Origin: Candidatus Moanibacter sp.
GTDB taxonomy: Bacteria; Verrucomicrobiota; Verrucomicrobiia; Opitutales; UBA2987
NCBI GenBank assembly: GCA_965215885.1
Contig: CBDCEW010000075.1
Coordinates: 1-64,000, forward strand
DNA length: 64,000 bases
Direction of reading: 5' to 3'
Shown: one piece after another, positions 21,527 through 32,511 of the stretch
How the letters are laid out: the number at the start of each line of letters is the position of its first letter
How positions within the stretch are numbered: the first letter of the stretch is position 1
The notes under the pieces: model-generated
Databases searched by the model: none
Told to the model about the DNA's origin: nothing
What the model saw: only the letters and a program-made list of their open reading frames with translations
Program-made: the position numbers and the translations under genes

Positions 21527-21850
21527 TCAGGTTGATACTTTCGTTTCTGAAGACTTTGCACCATCCTTCGGTTTTTCTGTCGATTCCTTATCTTTGCTCT
21601 CGGAGGTTTTTTCTTTTCCCGTCGAATCCGAGCTCGCTTTTTCAGTCTTTTCTTGAGGTTCCTTTACCTTCTTATAGTCCGTTTCGTAAAAACCGCTTCC
21701 CTTGAATATGATTCCGGCTCCTGCGCCTATGAGCCGTTTCAGCTTGTGCTTCCTGCATTTCGGACATCTCTTAAGCGAGGCCGCCGATATCGATTGAAAT
21801 ATCTCTAAAGTATGACTGCAAGACTCACAAATGTACTCGTAGGTGGGCAT
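21527..21850 (-). CDS. FmdB-family zinc-ribbon protein
   Basis: MPTYEYIC..C...CPKC...IFKGSGFYETDY. Confidence 0.9.
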   Translation of the reverse strand: MPTYEYICESCSHTLEIFQSISAASLKRCPKCRKHKLKRLIGAGAGIIFKGSGFYETDYKKVKEPQEKTEKASSDSTGKEKTSESKDKESTEKPKDGAKSSETKVST

Positions 21851-21914
21851 CGTGGCAACAACAATTTGTGTTATCGAATAAGTGTCTTTAATTGTTGATA
21901 ATCAACACTATCTG

Positions 21915-22578
21915 CTATAAACTTCCTTCTTTTTCCAATACTGCGAAAACGATTGTGTAGTAGGCAATTATCATCGTAAAGCCAAGGAAAAAAGCAAATC
22001 CGGCAACAGGCAAGGAAAAAAGCAAATCCTACCACGATAACACCCGTGAAAGAGAGTGACGGTATGATAATTCGCCTCCCTGCCTTTCTAACAAGACGGA
22101 ATACCAGGTCCAAACGCGCGAGATCCTCAAAGCGTTCTCGGCTCTGATAATTACAAAGGGCCGCAATTGTCAGTATCGGACCAAAGAATAATGCCGCCGC
22201 CAATGGCAGATACGCAACCGCCATCAGGAAACCGAATATGAATCCGAACAGGGCCATGGCAGGATTGGGTACAATATCCAGACTACGGGCGAGAAGGGCC
22301 GTCAGCATTCCTCCCAGGAAAACGGGAATGCCGAAGAATAGCAGAATCACTGCGAGGAATCGCAATCCGTCGACAAACAATCCTTTCCATTCATGTGGAT
22401 CCCATGGCGGCAAAATCAATTTGCCAGAACGGCGTACTTTTTCTGAGTATCGGTAGAGATATCCTAGAGCAAAGATGTTTACAACAGGCAGGAAGCTTAC
22501 TAACCCACCGATCAGAAAACGGGCATTGAAGTGTTCTCCAGTCGATACCTTTTGACAGATTTCTTCGAATGAGGGCAT
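21915..22578 (-). pseudogene. DUF4013-like membrane protein, apparently frameshifted near its 3' end
   Basis: P..NI..LGY...LPPW...DGL pattern; 19-bp direct repeat at 21983-22001 / 22011-22029; removing 13 nt restores ...GLPVAGFAFFLGFTMIIAYYTIVF...GSL*. Confidence 0.6.
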
Positions 22579-22641
22579 GGAAATATTACGAACCGAATTA
22601 GCTACTATTGTCGGAGACATAGTGCGAAAACAAGGATTATT

Positions 22642-23520
22642 ATGGATTTTAAAGGTTGCGTAGAGCAATACCGCAAGCTCGTCGAAGAAGGGATTACTCG
22701 CTGGGTGCCATCCTCACGGACGCGCCCGCGGATTCTTCACGAAGCGATGAATTACAGTTTGAAAGCCGGAGGCAAGCGATTGCGCCCTGTCCTCTTACTT
22801 GCTGGAAACTCACTCTTCCCCAGCCGGGCGGATCCTATCCCAGCGGCGGTAGCAATCGAGTGTCTCCACACCTATTCCCTCATTCATGACGACCTGCCAA
22901 GCATGGATAACAGCGATCTGCGCAGGGGAGTGCCCACATGCCACGTCCAGTTCGACGAGGCCACAGCGATCCTTGCAGGGGATGCTCTCTTGACCCACGC
23001 TTTTGCTCTACTGGCAGATGCCTACAGGGCCCAAACCGATTTGGCGCTTTCTCTCATATCGGATATGGGCAAGGCAGCCGACAGTCAGCGTCTTATCGGC
23101 GGACAAATGGAGGACATTCTGGGAGAGAAGCGGGATATAACTGAGGATCAGCTTGAATATATCCATTCGAACAAGACCGCCGCGATGATTTCTAGCGCGC
23201 TAACCATGGGAGTGCGTCTCACTGAGGCAGATGAACAGAATATCCGGCTGGCCGCCGATCTCGGACGGAACCTCGGTCTCGCCTACCAGATCGTGGACGA
23301 TATTCTGGACGCTACAGGAGACACGGAAACATTGGGTAAGAGAGCCGGGGCGGACGCCAATAACAGCAAAAATACTTATATCAAAATCCTTGGTTTGGAA
23401 GACTCTCGAGAAAAGGCTCGCGAACTCACCACGGCCGCCGTGGAAGTTTGTGGAAATATTGATGCCGAGACTGAGTTTCTCGTCTCTCTAATCCAGTGGA
23501 TGGAACACCGGATTAACTAA
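22642..23520 (+). CDS. ispA: Farnesyl/geranylgeranyl diphosphate synthase
   Basis: GGKRLRP, HDDLPSMDNSDLRRG, QIVDDILD. Confidence 0.92.
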   Translation: MDFKGCVEQYRKLVEEGITRWVPSSRTRPRILHEAMNYSLKAGGKRLRPVLLLAGNSLFPSRADPIPAAVAIECLHTYSLIHDDLPSMDNSDLRRGVPTCHVQFDEATAILAGDALLTHAFALLADAYRAQTDLALSLISDMGKAADSQRLIGGQMEDILGEKRDITEDQLEYIHSNKTAAMISSALTMGVRLTEADEQNIRLAADLGRNLGLAYQIVDDILDATGDTETLGKRAGADANNSKNTYIKILGLEDSREKARELTTAAVEVCGNIDAETEFLVSLIQWMEHRIN

Positions 23521-23534
23521 AACCCTAAGGCAAC

Positions 23535-24040
23535 CTACGATTACGACTGCGACTCACGAACCGGCATCCAACACCATCTTAGTCGTAATCGTTCTCAAAG
23601 AGGGATGCCCGCTAAAGACGCGAAAATGCGCGAAAGCGAGGGAAAGGGAATGGAAGAATAGTCGTTTCGTTTCAAGCTCAGCGAGGCGCAACGAAACCAA
23701 CTCGAATACCCGTGAGGGTTGTAGGACCGCGCTTGCGCGGGATGAACCAGGATCGACTCATCCGCCTGATTCATCCCGCGGCAAGCGCTACATCCTAACG
23801 GTTATCGATGCGGCCAAACAATAGACACGCCAAAGAGCTCTCTTAATTTCGCGTTCTTTCGCGTATTTAGCGGGCAATCATCTCTCATATCTTCGTATTC
23901 CCAGCTCAGACAGAACCCGGTTTATCCTCGAACACCTGATCGAGTATTCGCTATTTTTGAAGCGCCCGCTAAACATCCGTGCCCGTCAGCTGTTATCCGT
24001 GGTTTCTTTTCTATTGCTGCGTTCGTTTTGGTTGCGGCTG
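23535..24040. repeat. Intergenic cluster of nested inverted/low-complexity repeats including a GTAG-type REP-like pair
   Basis: CCCGCTAAAGACGCGAAAATGCGCGAAA (~23608) inverted against TTTCGCGTTCTTTCGCGTATTTAGCGGG (~23847); GTAGGACCGCGCTTGCGCGGGATGAA...TTCATCCCGCGGCAAGCGC. Confidence 0.7.
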
Positions 24041-24042
24041 CG

Positions 24043-25413
24043 CTAGGAACCTCCTAGTTCGTTAAGAATCCTCTCGGAGACCACGATCCCTTTTTCAAAC
24101 ACGCCGAGATGAAAACTCTCGTTTGGTGCATGCAGACTGTCATCAGGGGTGGAAAGCCCAATCATAAGAGAATCCAGTCCGATCATACTCTTGAGGTCAG
24201 CAATGATCGGAATGCTTCCACCTTCTCGGAGATACAAGGGCTCTTTGCCGAAAGTCTCATCGATTGCTGAATAGGCTGCCTTGAAAGCCCTGGCCAAATT
24301 CGGCGGTAGATCATCGGTTGTATTCCCTTTTTCAGGCGGCACCACAAGATATGGGGCGCCACAATGCCCTTCGATGATTTCCATCGAGACTTTTGGTGAG
24401 CACCGTTCTCGAATAGTTTTAATGACAAGCTTCGCAATCTCAACGGGATCCTGATTCGGCACCAGCCGACAACTGATTTTTGCGAACGCCTTACTGGGAA
24501 TCACTGTCTTGGTGCCTGCTCCCGTGTATCCGCCGCCGATACCGTTGAACTCCAGGGTCGGGCCAAACCTGATCGCCTGAAAGGGTGAAATTCCGGACGC
24601 GGTGTGAAACGTTTCGATGCCGAGAAAATCCGCGTAGTCGGCTTCGCTCCCATCCATCTTCGTGAGTTCCGCCCGCTCCCATTCCGAGAATTCAACAATG
24701 TCGTCGTAAAAGCCGGGCACATTGATACTTCCATCCGCATTGTGCAAACTCGAACAGACTTCAGTAAGGGCCTGGATCGGGTTGAGTAGCACTCCACCGT
24801 GGCTTCCAGAGTGAAGGTCCACTTTAGGTCCCGTCACTATCGCTTCCAGGCAAACGACACCTCGCAATCCGGTTGTTATGACAATCTGATCCGCGCTTGG
24901 GCTACCGGTGTCTGAGAGCATTACGAAATCTCCCCGCAAACGGTCTCCGTAGGACTCGAGAAATTCGGAAAAACTGGGACTGCCGATCTCCTCTTCTCCT
25001 TCGATAAGGAAGGTGATGCGCAGAGGAAAATCAGGATTCTCCTCGAATAGTCTACTCGCCGCCGCTACGTGGACGAGGAGCGGTCCCTTGTTGTCGGCAG
25101 CGCCTCGCCCGAAGATTCTGTCGCCTCGAATCTCCGCCTCAAATGGCCGAGATATCCATTTCTCAAGGGGGTCAGGAGGCTGCACATCATAGTGACCATA
25201 GATGACAACGTGAGGCCAATTCGAATCGCCTCCGCGTTCAGCGAGTATCACCGGGTGCAGCGGAGTATGGCACTCCTCCACCGAAAAACCGGTCTCGCGC
25301 AGCAAATCAGAGATGAATACTCTCGCACCTGTCATCCCATCCCGATACGCGGGATCCGTCGAAACACTGGCAAAACTGACGTATTTCTTTAGCGCTTCGA
25401 CCGGGTCAAACAT
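24043..25413 (-). CDS. M20-family dipeptidase
   Basis: YGHYDVQP, GRGAADNKG, EGEEEIGS, HAPNE. Confidence 0.9.
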   Translation of the reverse strand: MFDPVEALKKYVSFASVSTDPAYRDGMTGARVFISDLLRETGFSVEECHTPLHPVILAERGGDSNWPHVVIYGHYDVQPPDPLEKWISRPFEAEIRGDRIFGRGAADNKGPLLVHVAAASRLFEENPDFPLRITFLIEGEEEIGSPSFSEFLESYGDRLRGDFVMLSDTGSPSADQIVITTGLRGVVCLEAIVTGPKVDLHSGSHGGVLLNPIQALTEVCSSLHNADGSINVPGFYDDIVEFSEWERAELTKMDGSEADYADFLGIETFHTASGISPFQAIRFGPTLEFNGIGGGYTGAGTKTVIPSKAFAKISCRLVPNQDPVEIAKLVIKTIRERCSPKVSMEIIEGHCGAPYLVVPPEKGNTTDDLPPNLARAFKAAYSAIDETFGKEPLYLREGGSIPIIADLKSMIGLDSLMIGLSTPDDSLHAPNESFHLGVFEKGIVVSERILNELGGS

Positions 25414-25416
25414 TGG

Positions 25417-26250
25417 CTACTCGATCACAATGATACCGCTCTCCGTCGAATACCCTCCCCCTTTAACAATATTGTACTCGGCGACCGCTTCAGGCATGAT
25501 ATCACGCAAATGGGACACACGGCTTCCATGTGATGGATGAGTCGAGAGAAATTCGGGAGGCGCGGATGTTTGACTTTCTGAAGCCATGCGTTCCCACAGC
25601 CCATAGGCCGCTTCGGGATTATACCCAGAGCGGGCGGCATACATCAGCCCAATGTAATCCGCTTCAGTCTCCATCTTTCGATTGAAGCCCAACCCACCCA
25701 GAGAACTTCCCAGTCCATAGGCATCCAATATCACGGAACGTGCGATAGACGTCGTCCCCATGGTAGCGACGCCCAATCCAACTCCCATTCCTTGTACCAT
25801 CATCTGCTTGGAGAGCCGCTCGTTTACGTGCTTGGCCGACACGTGGGCAATTTCATGGCCTATGACAATGGCCAGATCATCCTCTGTCTTGACAACCTTG
25901 AAAATACCCGTGAAAACGCCCACCTTTCCACCCGCCATGGCGAAAGCGTTTAAGGAACCCGGATCTTCAAACACTACAAATTCCCATTGCGGGTTCAGGA
26001 TATCATGGCTGGCAACATCCGCCACTCGCTCCCCAACTCTCCTCACCATATCGATATATTTTCGATTCCGAGTTTGGGGGTATTGGGCTTTCAGCAGGTT
26101 AAACTGTTCCACGCTCATTTCCACCACTGCCTCGTCCGATACAAGATTTATACCGGATCGTCCCGTAACCGGAACCGAGTAACAGCCTGCCAACAGTAAC
26201 AACATCACTCCCAACCCCGTTCCTCTACTGTAAATCGTTATTATTTTCAT
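25417..26250 (-). CDS. M48-family zinc metallopeptidase lipoprotein
   Basis: Lipobox LAGC, NAFA..GG, HEIAH, ETEAD, STHP. Confidence 0.9.
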   Translation of the reverse strand: MKIITIYSRGTGLGVMLLLLAGCYSVPVTGRSGINLVSDEAVVEMSVEQFNLLKAQYPQTRNRKYIDMVRRVGERVADVASHDILNPQWEFVVFEDPGSLNAFAMAGGKVGVFTGIFKVVKTEDDLAIVIGHEIAHVSAKHVNERLSKQMMVQGMGVGLGVATMGTTSIARSVILDAYGLGSSLGGLGFNRKMETEADYIGLMYAARSGYNPEAAYGLWERMASESQTSAPPEFLSTHPSHGSRVSHLRDIMPEAVAEYNIVKGGGYSTESGIIVIE

Positions 26251-26356
26251 GACTGGTCGCAAATCGTTCGATCACGCGATACTAACGGGCGAATTAAAGG
26301 TGTCAATTGGCTATTAAGAGCAATAGAACACTTCTCTTATTGCTTTTGTTTCACAA

Positions 26357-27928
26357 CTAATGGCGAAAGTGTCTGATTCCGGAAAAAATCATCGCCATAT
26401 CATGGGCATTTGCCGCCTCAATAATCGCTTTGTCGCGTTGCGCACCTCCAGGTTGAATCATGGCGGTGGCGCCGGCTTCCGCGGCGACCAGGAGCGCGTC
26501 CGGAAACGGAATGAGTCCGTCTGAGGCAGCCACCGATCCCTCAAGGGAAATACCCGCCTGACCTGCTTTCCACACCGCTATCTCGGAACTATCAACCCGA
26601 GACATCTGCCCCGCCCCGATACCTGCGGTCCGCTCTCCCTTGACCAGCACCACGGCATTGGATTTCACGTGCTTGACAACTCTCCAACCGAAGAGGAGGG
26701 AGTTCCATTCTTTGTCGGAGGGCTCGCGCTCGGATACCACGCGGAAAGCTGAAGGATCGTCGTTAGACAGATCACGGTCCTGCCGCAGAACCCCTCCCGC
26801 AATGGAACGAACCTCCTGCTCCCCTTCAAAAGCACCCCGACCCTTCGAAATAAGGAGTCGCAGATTTCTTTTCTTCCCAAAAATCTCTCGCGCTCCATCG
26901 GTGAACTGCGGTGCTATGATTATTTCCAGCCAGATCTGGCTGATATCTAAAGCGAGATCGCGATCAATGGTACGATTGACCACTACGACTCCCCCAAAGG
27001 GCGCCTTTTGATCAGTGGCGCAGGCGTCTTCCCAAGCGTCAACCAGGTCAGCGGCACTCGCGGTTCCACAGGGGTTCCCATGTTTTATTATCGCCACCGT
27101 GGGTCTATCGAATTCGCCCATGAGATCAGCGGCCGCCGATATATCCAGAATATTATTATATCCGAGCTCCTTTCCCTGTAGCTGTTCGAAACGCTCGAAA
27201 AAACCTCCATATAACGCCGCTTTCTGCTGGGGATTCTCTCCGTAACGGAGCGCCATCTCCCTTTCCAGATCGAGGTTAAGGGAATCAGCGTGATCGACGC
27301 CCTCAACCAAAACGGTTCCTCTCTCCTCATTTTGAAAATAGGTCGCAATTGCGGCATCATAGGCGGTGGTTCTTCGGAAGACTTTTATCGCGAGCTGGCG
27401 CCTCAACCGTGTAATGTCGGTGCTTCCCTTCAATGCTTCCAGGACACGGCCATAATCGGCCGGTTCACACACCACTGTTACATGGGAATGATTCTTCGCT
27501 GCACATCGCAAGAGGGCAACTCCGCCGATATCGATTTGCTCGATCGCTTCTGTCTCTGCTACTCCGGGTCTCGCCACGGTGTCTTCAAAGGGGTAAAGAT
27601 TGACCACAATCAGATCAATCAATCCGATCCCAGCTCTCTGGGCTTCCCTGAGATCTCCCTCCACATCCCGCCGGCAAAGCACACCACCGTGAATCTTTGG
27701 ATGGAGCGTCTTCACTCTCCCCTCCATCATCTCGGGAAATCCCGTGTAGTCACTCACGTCCGTCACCACAAATCCACTCTCGCGCAGCGTCCTGGCCGTC
27801 CCCCCGGTGGAGAGCAACCGGTAGCCAAACTGTTCCACCAGGACCTTCGCCAGCGGCACTAATCCCTCTTTGTCGTAAACCGATAAGAGGGCCAATCGCT
27901 CCTCGTTTTCATGTCTCTCGGCACTCAT
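26357..27928 (-). CDS. purH: Bifunctional AICAR transformylase/IMP cyclohydrolase
   Basis: GRVKTLHPKIHGG, RYGENP, IGAGQMSRVDS, C-terminal RHFRH. Confidence 0.97.
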   Translation of the reverse strand: MSAERHENEERLALLSVYDKEGLVPLAKVLVEQFGYRLLSTGGTARTLRESGFVVTDVSDYTGFPEMMEGRVKTLHPKIHGGVLCRRDVEGDLREAQRAGIGLIDLIVVNLYPFEDTVARPGVAETEAIEQIDIGGVALLRCAAKNHSHVTVVCEPADYGRVLEALKGSTDITRLRRQLAIKVFRRTTAYDAAIATYFQNEERGTVLVEGVDHADSLNLDLEREMALRYGENPQQKAALYGGFFERFEQLQGKELGYNNILDISAAADLMGEFDRPTVAIIKHGNPCGTASAADLVDAWEDACATDQKAPFGGVVVVNRTIDRDLALDISQIWLEIIIAPQFTDGAREIFGKKRNLRLLISKGRGAFEGEQEVRSIAGGVLRQDRDLSNDDPSAFRVVSEREPSDKEWNSLLFGWRVVKHVKSNAVVLVKGERTAGIGAGQMSRVDSSEIAVWKAGQAGISLEGSVAASDGLIPFPDALLVAAEAGATAMIQPGGAQRDKAIIEAANAHDMAMIFSGIRHFRH

Positions 27929-28007
27929 TCCCCGTCAAACCCGATTTTCAAAATCGCCTTTACGCAGTTGACTTCTCGCATAACATATCAGGTAAACTCT
28001 TGGACCA

Positions 28008-28802
28008 ATGTTAAGTCCACTTCACGTTGAACCCTTGAAGATTGCCGATCGAGAATTTCACTCGCGTCTTCTAGTTGGTACGGGAAAGTTTCCTTCCAGC
28101 GAATTGATGCGAGAGGCTCTTGCGGCTTGCGGAACTGAGCTTGTCACGGTGGCGCTAAAGCGGGCAAGCCTTTCCGGCAAGAAAGATCCGTTTGCCGATA
28201 TTCTGGACTTTCTCGAATCCGATCGATACCTCATTCTTCCCAACACGGCAGGGGCGATGAATGCGGATGAGGCGGTACGAATCGCCCGTCTGGCGGAAGC
28301 TGCCGGACTCCCAAAGTGGATTAAACTCGAGATTCACCCTGACCCAAACTATCTCCTCCCCGATCCTATCGAGACTCTTAATGCGGCCGAGACGCTTGTC
28401 AGGGAAGACTTCATCGTGCTTCCCTATATCAATGCCGATCCTGTCCTGGCAGCACGGCTTCAAGATGTCGGTTGCGCCACCGTCATGCCGCTGGGTTCCC
28501 CTATCGGGAGCAGCCGAGGACTGAAAAATCGCGCACAAATCGAAATTATCATCGAGCAGGCGAGAGTTCCTGTCGTCGTGGATGCGGGATTGGGAGCGCC
28601 ATCTCACGCCGCCGAAGCCATGGAGATGGGAGCTGATGCGGTTTTGGTAAATACCGCCATTGCGGTCGCTTCGGATCCCGTTCAGATGGCCCAGGCCTTT
28701 TCCGTCGCCGTGCAGGCGGGTTGGGTATCCCGGCGGATCAGCCGGACGGAATTGCCAACAAGTGCGGAAGCAACGAGTCCTCTTACCGCATTCCTGGACT
28801 GA
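28008..28802 (+). CDS. thiG: Thiazole synthase
   Basis: [25 protein letters not shown]. Confidence 0.96.
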   Translation: MLSPLHVEPLKIADREFHSRLLVGTGKFPSSELMREALAACGTELVTVALKRASLSGKKDPFADILDFLESDRYLILPNTAGAMNADEAVRIARLAEAAGLPKWIKLEIHPDPNYLLPDPIETLNAAETLVREDFIVLPYINADPVLAARLQDVGCATVMPLGSPIGSSRGLKNRAQIEIIIEQARVPVVVDAGLGAPSHAAEAMEMGADAVLVNTAIAVASDPVQMAQAFSVAVQAGWVSRRISRTELPTSAEATSPLTAFLD

Positions 28803-28809
28803 TCGTTTC

Positions 28810-29967
28810 ATGAGCGTTTTTTCAAAGAAATTTCCAAAAATCCCGATTGAAGCCCTCCTTCAACAGTCCCACGATACCACGGATCGAACTCTTAAGCCGA
28901 TCCTGGGGAAAGGTCGAGCGGAATCGCTAGCGGAGTTTGCCGCCCTGATATCTCCCCACGCTCTCACCCACCTGGAGACCCTCGCCGTTCACTCGCAGCA
29001 TCTCACCCAGCTGCACTTCGGTAAAGTGATCCGGCTCTTCGCACCGATTTATCTCTCCAACGAGTGTATCAATATCTGCCGGTATTGCGGATTTTCGAGA
29101 GATAATGCTATACCTCGAATAACAATTCCCATCGAACAGGTATTGAAGGAAGCAAAGATGATGGCCGCGCAGGGATTTCGCTCCCTCCTCATTGTAGCCG
29201 GTGAACACCCCAAGTATGTCTCAAACGGGTATGTCGAGGAATGTATCCGCTCTTGTCTCCCTATTATGCCCAGCATCATGATTGAATTGGGCCCTATGGA
29301 AGCCGAAGCCTACATACCTCTTGTTGAAGGTGGCTGCGAAGGCATCGTTGTCTACCAGGAATCCTACCACAAGCCGACCTATAAAGAGATGCACCCGGCT
29401 GGGCCAAAAAAGAAATATTCGTGGCGTCTGGATACGCTTGAACGGGCCTATCAGGCCGGCTTTCGCCGGCTCGGGTTAGGCGCGCTCCTCGGTCTTTATG
29501 ACTGGCGCTATGAGGCCCTCGCCACCGCCGCACACGCCAGGCATCTCCTCAAGCGTTGCTGGAAAGCGCAACTCTCCATCAGTATCCCACGCCTGCGACC
29601 GGCCGCCGGCGGTTTCAATCCCGACAGTCGTTTCGCCTTGTCCGACCGCGAGTTCGTCCAATATGTCTGCGCCTTGAGGATGTATCTGCCTCACGCTGCA
29701 CTCGTCCTTTCAACCCGCGAATCGCCCGGATTTCGGGACGGACTCGTCAAAATCGGAATCACGAACATGAGTGCGGGTTCAAGCACGGAACCAGGCGGTT
29801 ACAGTCACTTCGACGAAACCACCTGGACGAACAACGCGGAACAACCGGGCGAGCAGTTCCACATCGCCGATGATCGACCTCCCCGCGTCATCGCGGAAAT
29901 GATTCGCAGCCGGGGATATGAGGCGGTGTGGAAAGATTTTGACCAGGCTCTCGCTATACCAGACTAA
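28810..29967 (+). CDS. thiH: 2-iminoacetate synthase (radical SAM)
   Basis: APIYLSNECINICRYCGF, YQESY, SAGSSTEPGGY; ATG at 28810. Confidence 0.93.
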   Translation: MSVFSKKFPKIPIEALLQQSHDTTDRTLKPILGKGRAESLAEFAALISPHALTHLETLAVHSQHLTQLHFGKVIRLFAPIYLSNECINICRYCGFSRDNAIPRITIPIEQVLKEAKMMAAQGFRSLLIVAGEHPKYVSNGYVEECIRSCLPIMPSIMIELGPMEAEAYIPLVEGGCEGIVVYQESYHKPTYKEMHPAGPKKKYSWRLDTLERAYQAGFRRLGLGALLGLYDWRYEALATAAHARHLLKRCWKAQLSISIPRLRPAAGGFNPDSRFALSDREFVQYVCALRMYLPHAALVLSTRESPGFRDGLVKIGITNMSAGSSTEPGGYSHFDETTWTNNAEQPGEQFHIADDRPPRVIAEMIRSRGYEAVWKDFDQALAIPD

Positions 29968-30189
29968 ATGATGGGTGATAACGTATCCATCAATATTACG
30001 GCAAATGGGGAGACCTTCAAGGTCGTGCCAAATGCCGGTTTGAAGGAGTTTCTCGAATCCCTCGGCTTCGATCTCAAAGGAGTTGTAGTCGAGCGCAACC
30101 GAAATCCGCTCACGCCGGCTGAAGCCCGAAAGACCACACTTGAAGATGGCGATAACCTTGAGATCGTACGGGTCGTAGCGGGAGGGTGA
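29968..30189 (+). CDS. thiS: Thiamine sulfur carrier protein
   Basis: Ubiquitin-like size, ends EIVRVVAGG. Confidence 0.92.
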   Translation: MMGDNVSINITANGETFKVVPNAGLKEFLESLGFDLKGVVVERNRNPLTPAEARKTTLEDGDNLEIVRVVAGG

Positions 30190-31544
30190 ACTTCATAGAC
30201 CTGAACCGAGATGGGGGGATTGGAGCAAACTCTCTCTACCTTGAGATCGGTCCCTTTCGCATTGTTATCGATGCCGGAATGCATCCAAAATATTGCGGTC
30301 ATCGTTCCATTCCCGAATACCGCTTGATAGAGGATAACAGCGTCGATTTCGTTATTCTTACGCACTGTCACCTGGATCATTTGGGTTCCCTTCCAATCCT
30401 CATGCGCCGTCAGCCCCGGGCACGGATATTCTCGAGTGTTCCATCGAAGACTCTTGCCGGCCGCATGCTCCTAAACTCATGTAACGTAATGAAAAAGCAG
30501 CGGGAGGAACTCGGTGTTACCGAACTCCCTCTCTATGTGCCAGGAGAAGTGCGCGCCCTGGAGGCGAAGTTCTCCACCTTCTCCTTTCAACGTCCTAGAG
30601 TATTCCGATCGGGTAAGGAAGAGATCGAGGTCACTTTTTTTTCCGCCGGACATGTGGCGGGTGCGGCCGGCGTCCGGCTCAACTATAAGCACAGAAAGAT
30701 ATTTATTACAGGGGATGTTCTCTTCGAACGACAAAAGACTCTGCCTGGTGCAAACTTCCCTGATGAAAAGATGGATACTCTCGTCACCGAGACAACGCGT
30801 GGGATCACGGAACGGCTTCCTAACGCCTCCCGAAAGGAGGAGGTCGTGAGGCTTATCCTCACAATCGACCAGGTTATTGCGCGAGGAGGTACCGTCCTCA
30901 TTCCCATCTTCGCCTTGGGTCGCATGCAGGAAGTACTGAGCATCGTCGATGAGGCACGAAAGAGGGGCCGGCTACGAAGGTGCCCGATATTCTGCAGCGG
31001 ATTGGGGGTGGATCTCGCCCAAATTTTCGATTCCATTTCGCGAAAAACCGGCCTCGTCAAATTTCGCAAAAAAGTGCTCACGGATTTGAAAGTGCGCTCC
31101 CTCCCACGAAACTTCTCGCCGGAAAGCTTCCTTCCGGATCGTGGCCTTTTTATCCTTGGCAGCGGTATGATGGTCGAAGGCACACCCTCTTACTTCCTGG
31201 CATCCAGAATCATCGATAGTAATCGGAATTTAATCTGCTTCGTCGGCTACTGCGACCCCGACACGCCGGGCGGAAAACTGCTCTCCACCAAACACGGTGA
31301 TCGCTTCAACTTCGAAACAATGGATTACTCCGCTCCCGTCTACGCACGTATAGAGAAATTTGACCTGAGTGGACATGCCGACCGCTCCGAACTCCTCCAA
31401 TTTGCCCAAAGGTGCGACCCCCGCGCAGTCGTTCTCACCCACGGAGACACGAAGGCACGCGAATGGTTTGCCGATGCCCTTTCCGATCTCGCCGGAAAAA
31501 TCAGGATTCTTGACGCTACACCACTCGAAACATACCATGTTTGA
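30186..31544 (+). CDS. Metallo-beta-lactamase/beta-CASP ribonuclease
   Basis: [28 protein letters not shown]. Confidence 0.88.
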   Translation: MNFIDLNRDGGIGANSLYLEIGPFRIVIDAGMHPKYCGHRSIPEYRLIEDNSVDFVILTHCHLDHLGSLPILMRRQPRARIFSSVPSKTLAGRMLLNSCNVMKKQREELGVTELPLYVPGEVRALEAKFSTFSFQRPRVFRSGKEEIEVTFFSAGHVAGAAGVRLNYKHRKIFITGDVLFERQKTLPGANFPDEKMDTLVTETTRGITERLPNASRKEEVVRLILTIDQVIARGGTVLIPIFALGRMQEVLSIVDEARKRGRLRRCPIFCSGLGVDLAQIFDSISRKTGLVKFRKKVLTDLKVRSLPRNFSPESFLPDRGLFILGSGMMVEGTPSYFLASRIIDSNRNLICFVGYCDPDTPGGKLLSTKHGDRFNFETMDYSAPVYARIEKFDLSGHADRSELLQFAQRCDPRAVVLTHGDTKAREWFADALSDLAGKIRILDATPLETYHV

Positions 31545-32424
31545 TGAATCCACGAAGGTCTTACTTGATACCGATATCGGAAGCGACATCGATGATGCCG
31601 TCTGCCTGGCTTACCTCCTGGCTAATCCTCGCTGTGATCTGGTTGGAATCACCACCGTTACCGGAGAACCCGAGAAACGGGCCGCGCTGGCCAGCGCAAT
31701 CTGCCAGGTTGCGAAGCAGGATATTCCAATTTACCCCGGCTCGAAAAATCCTCTGATCGTTGAACAGCGGCAAACGATCGCCAGACAGGCGGCGAAGCTG
31801 AAAAATTGGAAGCACCAGGAGAGCTTTCCAAAAGCCGCGGCGATCTCCTTTATGCGAGATACGATCCGCAATCAACCGGGTGAGATTCTTCTCCTTCCCG
31901 TCGGTCCCCTAACCAATGTTGCGCTCTTATTTGCCATCGACCCGGAAATTCCCCGGTTGCTCAAAGGTCTTGTCACGATGTGCGGAAAATTCACCGATTA
32001 TCCCTCGCCCTGGGGACAGACGGAATGGAATGCAATCGTCGACCCCCATGCCACCGCCATCGTGTTTCGCAGCCGCCCCCCTTTTCATCGATCGGTCGGC
32101 CTGGACGTGACCCTCCAGGTCAAGATGTCCTCAGACGAAGTAAGAGAGAGATTTTCCGATGTTCCGATCCTTGAGCCGGTTTACGATTTTTCTAAAGTCT
32201 GGTTTGAAGAGCGCGAGCTTCTCTATTTTCATGATCCTTTGGCGGCGGCGTCACTCTTTAGCAATTCCATCTGCCAGTTTGAGTCGGGTTCGGTAACCAT
32301 TGATCTGAAAAATGAGTCCACGTTAGGTCAAACCTTATACTCTCCAGGATCTGGACCCCATGAGGTTGCGTTGCAAGTAGACGCGGAAGCCTTCTTCCAG
32401 GAGTACTTTTCCGTCTTCGACTGA
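31537..32424 (+). CDS. Nucleoside hydrolase (IU-NH family)
   Basis: [29 protein letters not shown] at 31537. Confidence 0.9.
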   Translation: MFDESTKVLLDTDIGSDIDDAVCLAYLLANPRCDLVGITTVTGEPEKRAALASAICQVAKQDIPIYPGSKNPLIVEQRQTIARQAAKLKNWKHQESFPKAAAISFMRDTIRNQPGEILLLPVGPLTNVALLFAIDPEIPRLLKGLVTMCGKFTDYPSPWGQTEWNAIVDPHATAIVFRSRPPFHRSVGLDVTLQVKMSSDEVRERFSDVPILEPVYDFSKVWFEERELLYFHDPLAAASLFSNSICQFESGSVTIDLKNESTLGQTLYSPGSGPHEVALQVDAEAFFQEYFSVFD

Positions 32425-32511
32425 CTACTCGAATACGTTCCTACTCGGATTACGCTTACGATCACGCATCTCGATTGTCGGTCCTCTCTGCAACTGAACA
32501 CCGACTCCCCA

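Noticed and set aside
27929..28007. TPP riboswitch before thiG
   Set aside because: Gap is too short and lacks recognisable aptamer motifs
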